NCBI GenBank assembly: GCA_010093745.1
Contig: MU005966.1
Span: 379,628 to 407,286 of the forward strand
From: Piedraia hortae CBS 480.64
Taxonomy: Eukaryota
Direction of reading: 5' to 3'
DNA length: 27,659 nt
Below are positions 1 through 9,366 of the stretch, in pieces. The notes under the pieces were generated by a model. The model was not told where the DNA came from, searched no databases, and worked only from the letters and a program-made list of their open reading frames with translations. The number at the start of each line of letters is the position of its first letter. Position 1 is the stretch's first letter. A program made the position numbers and the translations under genes.

Positions 1-196
1 GGCCGCAGGGTGGTAAGAATCAACTATAGGAAGTCAAGAAAAGGCCATGAGAAATTCCCGAGGAGGTAGACATCCGAGGCTCTGTATTATCCCGGTCCAT
101 CCCATGATCGTTTAGTTGAGGGGGGAAAGCGCTAGCTCCATTTAGAGTTTAGCGTTTAGCGGAACATTTCGGGTGACAGTGGCAGTGAGGTAGAAG

Positions 197-874
197 CTAA
201 CCTCGCTGGTAGAGACAGAAACGGTACGTCACGACTCGGTCTCCTGCTGCTTCTGTAAGTGGACCAGGTGTAATGTTCTCTTCGACAAATTGCTGCAGAT
301 CTTCTGGATTTTTCTTGCACCAACCGGATCCAATGGCGTTCAGATCGTCGGGGAATATGATATCACAATCGAAATCGGTTTCGAGTCGAGTCATGAGTAT
401 GTTCTTCGTTTGTGGAAGCTGCAACGCAGCCGCGTAGACCTTGGCTCCCCCAATGACAAACGCTCGCCCTGCATGAGGCGCTCGGCCGGCGTTTATGAGA
501 GATTCCAATGACTGCAAAGCGGTCATGATATCAGGAGCTACAACAACATCTTCGGGGATGGATTCGAGGTCTGAGCGACTTTGCGTGCTTATGACAACGT
601 TTGTCCGGTCCTTAAGTGGCCTAAACTTGGACGGTATGCTGTCCCAGGTCTTACGGCCCATGATGACAATATTCTGGCGCAAAGCCCCAAATGTAGCTGC
701 TGCACCGGCATCCGACTGGCAGTTGTCGTTTACTTTAGGCACCCTCTTAGTCACCCGTGCGAAATAGGCCATTTCATTTTTGAGCATCGGCCAAGGCAGC
801 TTTCCGCCGTGTCCGATTCCATTCTTCGGAGTCGCTGCGACAATGATTGTCAATGGTGTATGCTTGAGAGACAT
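197..874 (-). CDS. DFR1: Dihydrofolate reductase
   Basis: Motifs IVAAT..NGIG..GKLPWP, NIVIMGRKTWDSIP..FRPLKDRTNVVIS, AFVIGGAKVY and FDCD. The likely start is the ATG at 874 (MSLKHTPL); the track's longer 5' extension starts at a non-ATG codon and is not DHFR-like. Confidence 0.95.
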   Translation of the reverse strand: MSLKHTPLTIIVAATPKNGIGHGGKLPWPMLKNEMAYFARVTKRVPKVNDNCQSDAGAAATFGALRQNIVIMGRKTWDSIPSKFRPLKDRTNVVISTQSRSDLESIPEDVVVAPDIMTALQSLESLINAGRAPHAGRAFVIGGAKVYAAALQLPQTKNILMTRLETDFDCDIIFPDDLNAIGSGWCKKNPEDLQQFVEENITPGPLTEAAGDRVVTYRFCLYQRG

Positions 875-970
875 TTTGTAGCGGGATAGAGAAAAACGTT
901 CCAGGATGTGTGAGGATATGACGCAACACGTGAGCTCGGAAGCGGGCAGAGTGCGTCTGCCCAGGTTTGC

Positions 971-994
971 CACAGAAGATGTCACAGAAGATGT
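971..994. repeat. 12-bp perfect tandem repeat (CACAGAAGATGT)x2 upstream of DHFR
   Basis: Read directly at 971-982 and 983-994. Confidence 0.85.
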
Positions 995-1062
995 TCTAGG
1001 ATAATGAGGCATATACAAGACGAAAGCGAGCAGCTGGCTACGTTACTGAGTTCATTTCTTCC

Positions 1063-2650
1063 TCATCTACTTGCTCTGAACGCTCGATCTTCTTGCCATC
1101 TCTTCTCAACAAGCTGTAAGACCTCCCTATCGTATAACAATTCCGGTGTACTGTCCCCTTTCAAAATCTCTTTCTCGTGTTTCAGCATCTCGTCCTTGGT
1201 CATACACACCAGGTCATCAAAATGAAGCCTGTCAGCTTTTTGACCGGGAGTTGAGACATCTATCCATGCTCCTTCTGGTTTACGCCACCTTGTCAGCGCT
1301 AGCCGGCTTGTAAGGCCTGAAACAACGCTTCGGCCTTTCCACACCTCTTCAATGAGGTAACCAACATCGTCTGTTGTTAAAGGCACACGCAAGCCAGTTG
1401 GGTCGGAGCCCTGGGCTTTAGCAACGTGCTCCTCCAAACCCTGTAGCTGGGCCAAAATGCCATCATACATCTTCTCCCGTAGTTTGCTTGGAGCATAGTC
1501 ATGAGGGTATCCTGTTAACTCGAGCATGATATGGTTCGCTACGCACAAGCCAAATGTGGCAGGCATTGTGCCCAACACGGGCAGAATACGGACGCGGAAA
1601 TCTGGTAGAATGCCAAGCTCGTCCACAGCGCCTTTGGAAAACTCATCTTCTGATAAAGGGAGAAGCTGGGCTTTCCCAGGGCCGTATTTTTCAGACGAGT
1701 AAACAACAGTGATGCCACTTTTGACGCCGAGAGCACGAAGCTTTCGGCGGGTTGATTTGGCCAAGGGATCCTCGGCAGAAGCTGAAATATCCCCAATGAA
1801 GACTCTGGTGGGATCGGATTTGCATCCAGCGCCCATCGCAGAGATGACGGCGATGCCGTTCCTGTGGCAGTACTGAAGCAAATCAACCTTTGAGTCGACG
1901 TGGTCGATGGCATCGATGACGAAGTCGGGTTTCTTTCCGTCTTCCCAAGGCGATAGTTGCGCTCCGGCAGACTTTGCATCGAAAAGCTGGTTTCTGCAGT
2001 CGAAGTGTATCCATGGCACTACTTGCTCGAGCCTTTTCTGCAAACATTGCACTTTTGGTGTGCCTACGTCTGCAAGTGTAGCAACAGAGTGGCGATTTAG
2101 AGAACTGAGGGTGACTTGATCAAAGTCGATCAAACGGAGCTTCCCACAACCGGATCTGGCCAGCGCAGCAGCAGCATGAGAGCCAACTCCGCCGCAACCC
2201 ACTACGATTACAAAAGCACTACGAAGCTTAGCAAGACCGGCGTCTCCAAAAAAGACTCGATTCCTTGCAAGCTGCTCCAGAATGAGGCTTTCGTCATAGT
2301 CACCTAGTCTCGCCCTCCTTGCGAGTGCTGCACTGCGGACGTTGTCCCGCTCTGTTTCCTCGTCTGAAGCGGATTCAGCACCCCCAAAATAATTAATCTT
2401 GCAACGAGTCAGAGATCCAAGATAAGGACGAAGAGTTTGTACTTACTTTGTCTACATCATGCGGCGAATTCAAATTAGGTATTGAAGCCTTCAACGCGTG
2501 CACATTGTACCACCTTTGAGTGTTCTGCAATCCAATAGTGGCACTAGCACCGATAGCGAGGGCAACAGTGGCAGTCAAAGCAAGCTGGACTCGGTGGGAA
2601 GAAGCGATCTCGGCGCCTCTCTCAGTTAACCACGAAGTCCATGTTGACAT
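1063..2650 (-). CDS. tRNA threonylcarbamoyladenosine dehydratase (ThiF/E1-like, TCD1/TCD2 family), about 512 aa
   Basis: Exons 2650-2447 and 2397-1063; intron 2446-2398 (GTAAGT..CTGAC..AAG, 49 nt) keeps frame. Motifs VIVVGCGGVGS, IDFDQVTLSSLNRH, VIDAID, SAMGAGCKSDP and RVRILPVLGTMP. N-terminal hydrophobic segment as in the mitochondrial outer-membrane homologues. Confidence 0.9.
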
Positions 2651-2771
2651 GTCCTGCTAAACTGGAGCTGTTCCTAGTTGTTGTTACGTCGTCTCCCTCT
2701 GGTGACACCAACCCTAACCGACCTCCGCCGTTCAAGGGTAGGCGCGGCACCAAACCGCACAAACGTTCACG

Positions 2772-3804
2772 ATGGTTCTCCATCTTCTTGTCGGGCTGTT
2801 GATCTGGGCCCTGGCGGTATGGCCGCACAGCGTCTATGGCTACGACAGTGGAGAGTCCGACATCAAGACGGTCGTGCTACGTACCCATAGTATAGCCCAA
2901 GTAGGTAATCGCAGCAGAGAACGCACAGGCAGTGGATTGCGATCGTCTAACACGCACCTAGCCCTACCTGGACAGCGATATGCAGTCTCGCTGGTTTGAT
3001 TTTGGTGGCAGCACGGTGATTCGGGCTGATCAGTACATTCGTCTCACGTCTCAATACCCTTCGCAAGCTGGTTGGATCTTTTCCCGTGTTCCACTCACTG
3101 CAACCAACTGGGAGATCGAGTTTGAGTTCAAGATCCATGGAACTGGCCACCTTTTTGGTGACGGAATGGCCATGTGGGTGACCAAAGATGGAGCTCAGAT
3201 GGGCCCTGTTTTCGGCATGAAGGATAGGTTCGAGGGACTCGGCATTTTTTTCGACACTTACAAGAACAATAGGCCCGGTGTGGTCTTCCCCTATGTTATG
3301 GCCATGATTGGCGATGGACAGACCAGCTACGACCAGGCCAACGACGGCAAAGCCAATGAACTGGCTGGGTGCTCGGCACGGGGTATCCGCAACGCTGGCG
3401 TTAATACACGGGCGCGCGTTGTCTATTTCCAGGACAAGGTGCTCACTCTGGATCTCATGTACAAGAAGGAGGACGAGTGGACACGCTGTTTCAGCATTCC
3501 CAACGTTAAACTGCCACCTGTGACCTATCTTGGCTTTAGTGCTGAGACTGGGGAGCTGAGCGATAGGCACGAAATCATAGAGGTTGAGACCAAGAACCTT
3601 TACTCGCCAAGCGGGCAGACAGAGCGTGACGTTGGCGGCGGCAGAGGCCACAGCAAGGACAAGGGCGCTAAGTACAGTTCGGGAAGTGGAAAGGGTGGAT
3701 GGCTGGGAACCATATTCCGCTTTCTCCTCTTTGGAATTGTCTTAGTCGGGGCTTACATTGGATGGACCGCCTACCGTACGCGCCGTCGGGATCGATTTTT
3801 ATAA
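2772..3804 (+). CDS. L-type (legume-like) lectin type I membrane protein, VIP36/ERGIC-53 family
   Basis: Exons 2772-2900 and 2962-3804; intron 2901-2961 (GTAGGT..CTAAC..TAG). Signal peptide, GDGMAMW, GLGIFFDTYKN, YLGFSAETGELSD.H, then a C-terminal TM helix and basic tail RRRDRFL. Confidence 0.92.
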
Positions 3805-4052
3805 AAGCCCGTTCAGGTTGGGGCTATCACAGATGCCTAATGTACATGTTCGAACCTACCCGTCTGTCCCTGCAGTTAGCGCTTCGCTTTTGTGTGGCTC
3901 GTGTTTGCCATGTTTATTGAGGACGCTCGTTCGTATACCACCCTGTTTCCTTTTTTTTTCTCCAAATTTGCATGTGCACATCTATTTGGGGCGGGTCGTT
4001 CCGCCCTCCTTCCTAAATCGTCCTCAAACTTGAAATCACATTACTGCTTCCA

Positions 4053-5072
4053 ATGTCGCTAGTCGCGTATTCTGACAGCGAAGGTTCAGACGATGAAATA
4101 CCTCATTCCCCTGAAACGGCTAAGCCAGTAGTGACGAAAAGGGAAGATCAAACGCTCAAAGTCCAGCTTCCTTTCTTGAAGCCGGAACCAGAAGACGAGG
4201 TCCGTCCGTTTAAAAAAATGAAGACAGCGAGCGGGTTTGGAGACTTCAATAGTCTGTTATCAGCACCCAAACGGCCTGCTATGCTTCCAAAGGACGGCTT
4301 GAAAACAAGTGCTGAGGCGACATTCACTCGCACCCCGAATCTTAATGAAAGGAATAACGCTGCTGACCCAGTTTCTGCGTCCCAACCACAGTATGATGGA
4401 TCTCCTTCGCAGCCAAGTGTCGAAGAGCAAACCAAAAACATAGCCAATGATGTCAAAATCACTGGCAAAGCCACACAGTTCATGCCACTTAGCGTTGCGA
4501 ACAACAAGAAGAAAGCAGCCCAGAGCAAGGCGAAGAAAACAGCTGCGATTGAACCCAAAGTCATCGATTTTGGACGTACCAAAGGCTCACAATCGATGGA
4601 AAAGCCACTAGAACGACGGCCGTTGTTTTCGATGCTGACCATCGATTATGCAGCTGCAGTGACGGAAGACGATACAGCTGAAGTAATGCTAGGACAGGAA
4701 CAAAAGCTCAGATCACCTTCCATGACACAACGTTCAGCTGTTGCTCACAGTTCTGCAAATTCTCTGGAAACAGTGGCCGAAGAGCTGAATCTGACACCAA
4801 GCCAGCGAAGACAGCTTTTCGGTCGGCAGGGCTGTGACGCAGCGAGTGCCAACATTACGCAATTCAACATGGACCAGGAATATGCAGCCAACGAGCAAGC
4901 ACGACAGGCTGGCGAAACCGGACAGCACAAGACTGTTAGGGCCATTGCGCCAGGCAAACACAGCTTGCAACAACTCATCAGGAACGCGAAATCTAACGAG
5001 GAAGGCATACAGGAGAAGTGGGCCGAGGGCAGACACAGTAAGGGTGGAAGCAAGTACGGATGGGGCAGATGA
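4053..5072 (+). CDS. PRCC-like (MAD2B-interacting domain) protein
   Basis: N-terminal MSLVAYSDSE and C-terminal GKHSLQQL...W..GR....SKYGW pattern typical of the PRCC family, with a low-complexity middle; single-exon 339-aa ORF. Confidence 0.75.
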   Translation: MSLVAYSDSEGSDDEIPHSPETAKPVVTKREDQTLKVQLPFLKPEPEDEVRPFKKMKTASGFGDFNSLLSAPKRPAMLPKDGLKTSAEATFTRTPNLNERNNAADPVSASQPQYDGSPSQPSVEEQTKNIANDVKITGKATQFMPLSVANNKKKAAQSKAKKTAAIEPKVIDFGRTKGSQSMEKPLERRPLFSMLTIDYAAAVTEDDTAEVMLGQEQKLRSPSMTQRSAVAHSSANSLETVAEELNLTPSQRRQLFGRQGCDAASANITQFNMDQEYAANEQARQAGETGQHKTVRAIAPGKHSLQQLIRNAKSNEEGIQEKWAEGRHSKGGSKYGWGR

Positions 5073-5174
5073 AATTCGTCGAATATAGGTGGTATTCTGC
5101 CGGGCATGGGCAGGGCCAGCACGCACATGCCGGGCCCGGGTCCGCTTGCTTCATCACAGTATGAGTGTCTAAGA

Positions 5175-5760
5175 TTAAAGGAGACACAACTTTGAGGTCA
5201 AAGTAACTTGCAATGGCAACAGTAAAGCTAGCAATAACGGCAACAATCAGCATGATACGGTGGATAGACCGCGGGACCCGAGAGGAAGCTTCAAAGACAG
5301 AATACTCAAGCGTAGTCCGTCAGAGCGAACACGTACACATTGGCAAGCAATATGTGTTATGGTGATCATCTTGGATAAGGCAGCAGCAGTTACGCATGTT
5401 GAAAGTAAGCACAGGGATCTTTTGAAGGATTCTGCCCCAAGTTCGATTCGCTTGGAAACAATTTTTCGCCAGAGATGGTAACATTGCCCAGTTCTACGCA
5501 CACACCTGGAACAGGGCAATTCTCAATATCGGCGTTCTTCTCGTGGCCGTCATCAAGACCGGGTGTCCTCAAGTCCGTGCATTCTCATTGGTATGTAGAC
5601 GTAGATCATTCTCGCGCGCGTCTATTTACCCAGCAGTATGGACCACCACAAGCCGTATAGTCCGTGAACCCAGTGCTCTTTACTATGACCAAACTGTCAC
5701 TCACGGTACGGGGAACGCCCACTGCTAGCGTACCATGTTATCGATAGCGGGGTATGACAT
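5175..5760 (-). other. Putative spliced transcript without a long ORF (smORF-chain mRNA or lncRNA)
   Basis: Minus-strand intron candidates 5733-5683 (GTACGC..GTGAC..TAG, 51 nt, weak branch site) and 5336-5228 (GTACGT..GCTGAT..TAG, 109 nt). All three frames contain stops. Short ORFs at 5609-5553, 5553-5494, 5484-5175 (spliced) and 5369-5198 (spliced). Confidence 0.5.
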
Positions 5761-5854
5761 GACTCGTCCTTCTGACCTCATCCGTCTTACAAAGATCCAG
5801 AGCAGCACCGACGCTCTTCTCTTCAGTCACATCCCCTGCTAGATCAGCTCAGCT

Positions 5855-6965
5855 ATGCAAAATCTCATTCACAGCTTCATTGATCCGCTGCGGGACCGAT
5901 TCGCCCCGCTCTCGCACCATTCGACATTTCGCTCAACGGGTGAGATCATGCCTGATGAGTTTCAGGCCGCTGGTGACTACCTCGTTCACAGGTTCCCATC
6001 GTGGAGCTGGGCAGAAGCTGCCACGCCGGCCCAGCGCGTGAACTATTTCCCGCCAAACAAACAGTACCTCATTACCCGCGCGGTGCCCTGTCGACGGCGT
6101 CTCAAAGGGCTCTTTCTCGGAAACGGGGATGAAGAAGACCAGATTGTACGGGATATGCTGCAAGGCCCAAATGTCAAGGCTGGCGGGGTCGATGACGGAT
6201 GGCTAAAGGCCGGCGGAATTGGAAAGGACATGACGGGCAGTGCAGATCTAAGAATGAGGGATGTGAGAACAGTGGAAGAAGACGGTACTGTGGGCGACGG
6301 GGGCGTGGATGAAGAGTACATTCCCGACATGGAGGACTACGAAGATGACGACGAGGCAGTCATCAAGGCGGCTGGCGCTAACGAAGGGTAAGGAAGCACC
6401 GCTGGCGGACCTTGATTGCTGACACGATGGTAGCCTCCGCATGTATACGCTGTACATAACCTACACACCGTACTACCGCACTCCGCGAATGTATCTCATC
6501 GGCTATGACGCAGCAACCAACCAGCCGCTTCCGCCACTGTCCATGATGGAGGACATTGTCGGAGACTACAAAGACAAAACGGTCACCTTGGAAAACTTTG
6601 CGTTCGTTAACCCGCCTATCAAAACCGTATCAATCCATCCTTGCAGGCATGCCAGCGTGATGAAGATTCTTCTCGACCGCGCCGATGCGGCTCTACAGCT
6701 GCGCATGGCCAAGATGCGCACAGAAGGGAAAGCTAACCAGACCAGTTTGGACGGTTTAGTTGACGCAACCGACAGAATGAGCTTGAACCAGAAGGCCCAG
6801 CCCACGCAGGTGGGAGACAAAGACAAGGATGGCGAGTGGGAAGTTGTCGACGAGAGCGATGAATCCGAGGGAGCGATACGAGTCGACCAGTATCTGGTGG
6901 TTTTTCTGAAGTTCATGGCCAGCGTCACGCCTGGCATCGAGTATGACTATACCATGAGTATATAG
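5855..6965 (+). CDS. ATG3: Autophagy E2-like enzyme Atg3
   Basis: Exons 5855-6387 and 6434-6965; intron 6388-6433 (GTAAGG..GCTGAC..TAG, 46 nt). Motifs [48 protein letters not shown], catalytic SIHPCRHA, and [24 protein letters not shown]. Confidence 0.96.
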
Positions 6966-7096
6966 CCTCTGTCCTGACCGGGAGTGATGCGCGGTGACGA
7001 AAGCGGTAAATTGCTTGGCAGCGGGACCAGCCGCGGGGCATTCCCCCACTTCATGTCCATCCCCAAGTCCCGACATCTACTTGTTGACCAATCCGA

Positions 7097-7227
7097 ATGT
7101 CATTTGCACCAAGCCTGTCAACCTCTCAAGGTATGTCTCTGTTCATGTCCTGTTTTGGCAACACGTCGCTGACCTGGCCGCCCTAGATTACATCTCCGAC
7201 CACCTGTGGAAGGCCACCATTCTTTAG
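7097..7227 (+). CDS. Arginine attenuator peptide (AAP) uORF, 24 aa MSFAPSLSTSQDYISDHLWKATIL
   Basis: Exons 7097-7130 and 7187-7227; intron 7131-7186 (GTATGT..GCTGAC..TAG, 56 nt). The spliced core TSQDYISDHLWKA matches the known AAP core (N. crassa TSQDYLSDHLWRA). It ends 18 nt before the CPA1 ATG. Confidence 0.95.
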
Positions 7228-7245
7228 TCTCTGCCAACACCTATA

Positions 7246-8625
7246 ATGGCAGCTAGCCATGTCAAAAAGCTTCCTTTGCGGCGGACTGCCTTAGCCGTCT
7301 ACCGCAGCCTCCTTGGGCGCTCACAAGTTCGCTGCAATGCAACGCTGGTGGACACCACGCCTGGTCCTCCATCAACCACCGCCCCCGCCTTGGCCTCGCC
7401 GTCTTCGAAAGCGCAGCCCGGCAAGCCTTCGTTCGAGAGGGCGAGCTTCACCATTCGTGATGGGCCAATTTTCCATGGACAAAGCTTCGGCGCCAAGACC
7501 AACATTAGTGGAGAGGCTGTGTTTACCACAAGTCTGGTAGGCTATCCAGAGTCGATGACGGACCCGTCGTATCGCGGGCAAATTCTAGTTTTTACGCAGC
7601 CGCTGATTGGAAACTACGGTGTACCGTCGGCTGCGCGTGACGAATTCGGGATGTTGCGGTACTTTGAAAGCCCAAACATCCAAGCTCGCGGTATTGTGGT
7701 GGCCGACGTGGCGCTCCGATACAGCCACTGGACAGCCATAGAGAGCCTCGCCGAATGGTGTACTCGCGAGGGCGTGCCGGCCATCAGCGGCGTCGACACG
7801 CGCGCAATCGTCACTTACCTCCGCGAGCAGGGCTCGTCGCTGGGAAGAATCTCTGTGGGAGAGGAGTACGATGCGGACGAAGATGAAGCATACGATGACC
7901 CGGGGCGAACCAATCTTGTGCAGCAAGTGTCTACCAAGGCGCCCTTCCACGTGCCATCTGGCAAGGGTGACGCCCACGTTGCGCTGATCGATTGCGGCGT
8001 TAAGGAGAATATCATCCGCTCCCTGGTGTCGCGCGGCGCCTCGGTCACCTGCCTACCCTTTAATTACCCCATCCACCAGTCGGCTCATCATTTTGACGGC
8101 GTCTTCATCTCCAATGGGCCTGGCGATCCTACGCACTGCCATGCTACGTCAGACAATCTCAAGAAGCTGATGGAAACGTCTTCCATTCCCATCATGGGCA
8201 TCTGTCTCGGGCATCAGTTGTTGGCTGTGGCCGCCGGCGCACGTACGATCAAGATGAAGTACGGCAATCGCGCCCACAACATTCCCGCGCTGGACTTGTT
8301 GACGGGTAAATGCCACATCACGTCGCAGAATCACGGATACGCCGTTGACCCGGCCACGTTGCCTCCCGACTTTAAAGAATACTTCACCAACCTCAACGAC
8401 GGCTCCAACGAAGGCATGGTGCATGCGTCGCGGCCCATCTTTAGCACCCAGTTCCATCCAGAAGCAAAAGGTGGGCCGCTGGACTCTAGCTACCTCTTCG
8501 ACGCTTACATTAAGAGTGTTAAGGACTACAAGGCCCAGCAAGATGTGCTCAAAGGAAGGAGCACTACAGTGTCTCCGTTGCTGGTGCATCTACTGGCAAA
8601 GGAGAGGGTTGGAGTAGCTCCTTGA
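7246..8625 (+). CDS. CPA1: Arginine-specific carbamoyl-phosphate synthase small (glutaminase) subunit, mitochondrial precursor
   Basis: [49 protein letters not shown] (catalytic Cys), TSQNHGYAV and QFHPEA (His/Glu of the triad). Arg/Ser-rich presequence-like N-terminus. Confidence 0.97.
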   Translation: MAASHVKKLPLRRTALAVYRSLLGRSQVRCNATLVDTTPGPPSTTAPALASPSSKAQPGKPSFERASFTIRDGPIFHGQSFGAKTNISGEAVFTTSLVGYPESMTDPSYRGQILVFTQPLIGNYGVPSAARDEFGMLRYFESPNIQARGIVVADVALRYSHWTAIESLAEWCTREGVPAISGVDTRAIVTYLREQGSSLGRISVGEEYDADEDEAYDDPGRTNLVQQVSTKAPFHVPSGKGDAHVALIDCGVKENIIRSLVSRGASVTCLPFNYPIHQSAHHFDGVFISNGPGDPTHCHATSDNLKKLMETSSIPIMGICLGHQLLAVAAGARTIKMKYGNRAHNIPALDLLTGKCHITSQNHGYAVDPATLPPDFKEYFTNLNDGSNEGMVHASRPIFSTQFHPEAKGGPLDSSYLFDAYIKSVKDYKAQQDVLKGRSTTVSPLLVHLLAKERVGVAP

Positions 8626-9366
8626 TGCCTAGCTATAGGGCAGGACTCTAAGGATGCAGGGTGTTAAGTGTGCTTTTTGAAAGTTATCACGAAAAGTAGG
8701 TATGTCTAGCCCGTGTCCACAAGTTTTGCAGCAGAACCTGCAGCGAAGTATACAATCCCTTGGAAACGTGAGCAGATTTTATGACTGGGAGCAAGCTACG
8801 GCTTATGATGAGGCCATGGCGGTTGTAGCCAAGTCTTGACAGCTGAATGTCAGGTGCAACTGACTAGCTAACCCCCGCTCGAACAAATGAGTTGACAGAA
8901 GGCTAAACCCCGAAAGGATCAGCTAATTTCGAAAAAAACTGAGTCGACCGAATGCACCCCTAGCTGATCAAGTATGGTAGCCATGGGAGGCATGTCTTTT
9001 TGAACCTGGTCCCGCATTCGGCCAATCAGATCGAGACGTCACTCGATGGGGGCGAGAAACAGATTCAGGTAGGTGCGCTAATTAGCAATCGTCTCTTCGC
9101 CTACGAATCTTATGCTGCTACAGAAGACTCCCGCGACTACGTTTCTAGATATCATAGCGAGCAGAGTCAACCTCGACGTGCCGTCTCCTGCAATCATGTG
9201 CCTATCAAACTAATTTCACATCGATTTCGACTAGATCTTACTAATAGTGGTGCCAAGAAGTCTTGGCGAGCGTCGCACCCAAAATCTTTAATAATCGTCA
9301 ACCTTTGAACTCACACCTTGCATCAACGCACTTGCAATTTTAACCGAGACAGTTTCACAAATTAGT

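Noticed and set aside
140..162. TTTAGAG/TTTAGCG telomere-like repeats
   Set aside because: Only three degenerate units, none matching TTAGGG; internal location.
875..1018. 48-aa N-terminal extension of DHFR in the ORF track
   Set aside because: Starts within about 50 bp of the upstream gene's stop, spans a tandem repeat, and has no DHFR similarity; more likely promoter/UTR.
2947..3651. 234-aa minus-strand ORF
   Set aside because: Antisense to the well-supported lectin CDS; non-ATG start.
5545..5565. TCT-TGA as an antizyme-type +1 frameshift site
   Set aside because: No downstream frame resembles an ODC antizyme domain.
5760..5765. TGACTC Gcn4/CPC-1-like site upstream of ATG3
   Set aside because: A single hexamer, not the full TGACTCA, is expected by chance.
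8915..8970. Inverted repeat GATCAGCTA...TAGCTGATC as a MITE or structured RNA
   Set aside because: Only 9-bp arms, with no target-site duplication or second copy in the window.
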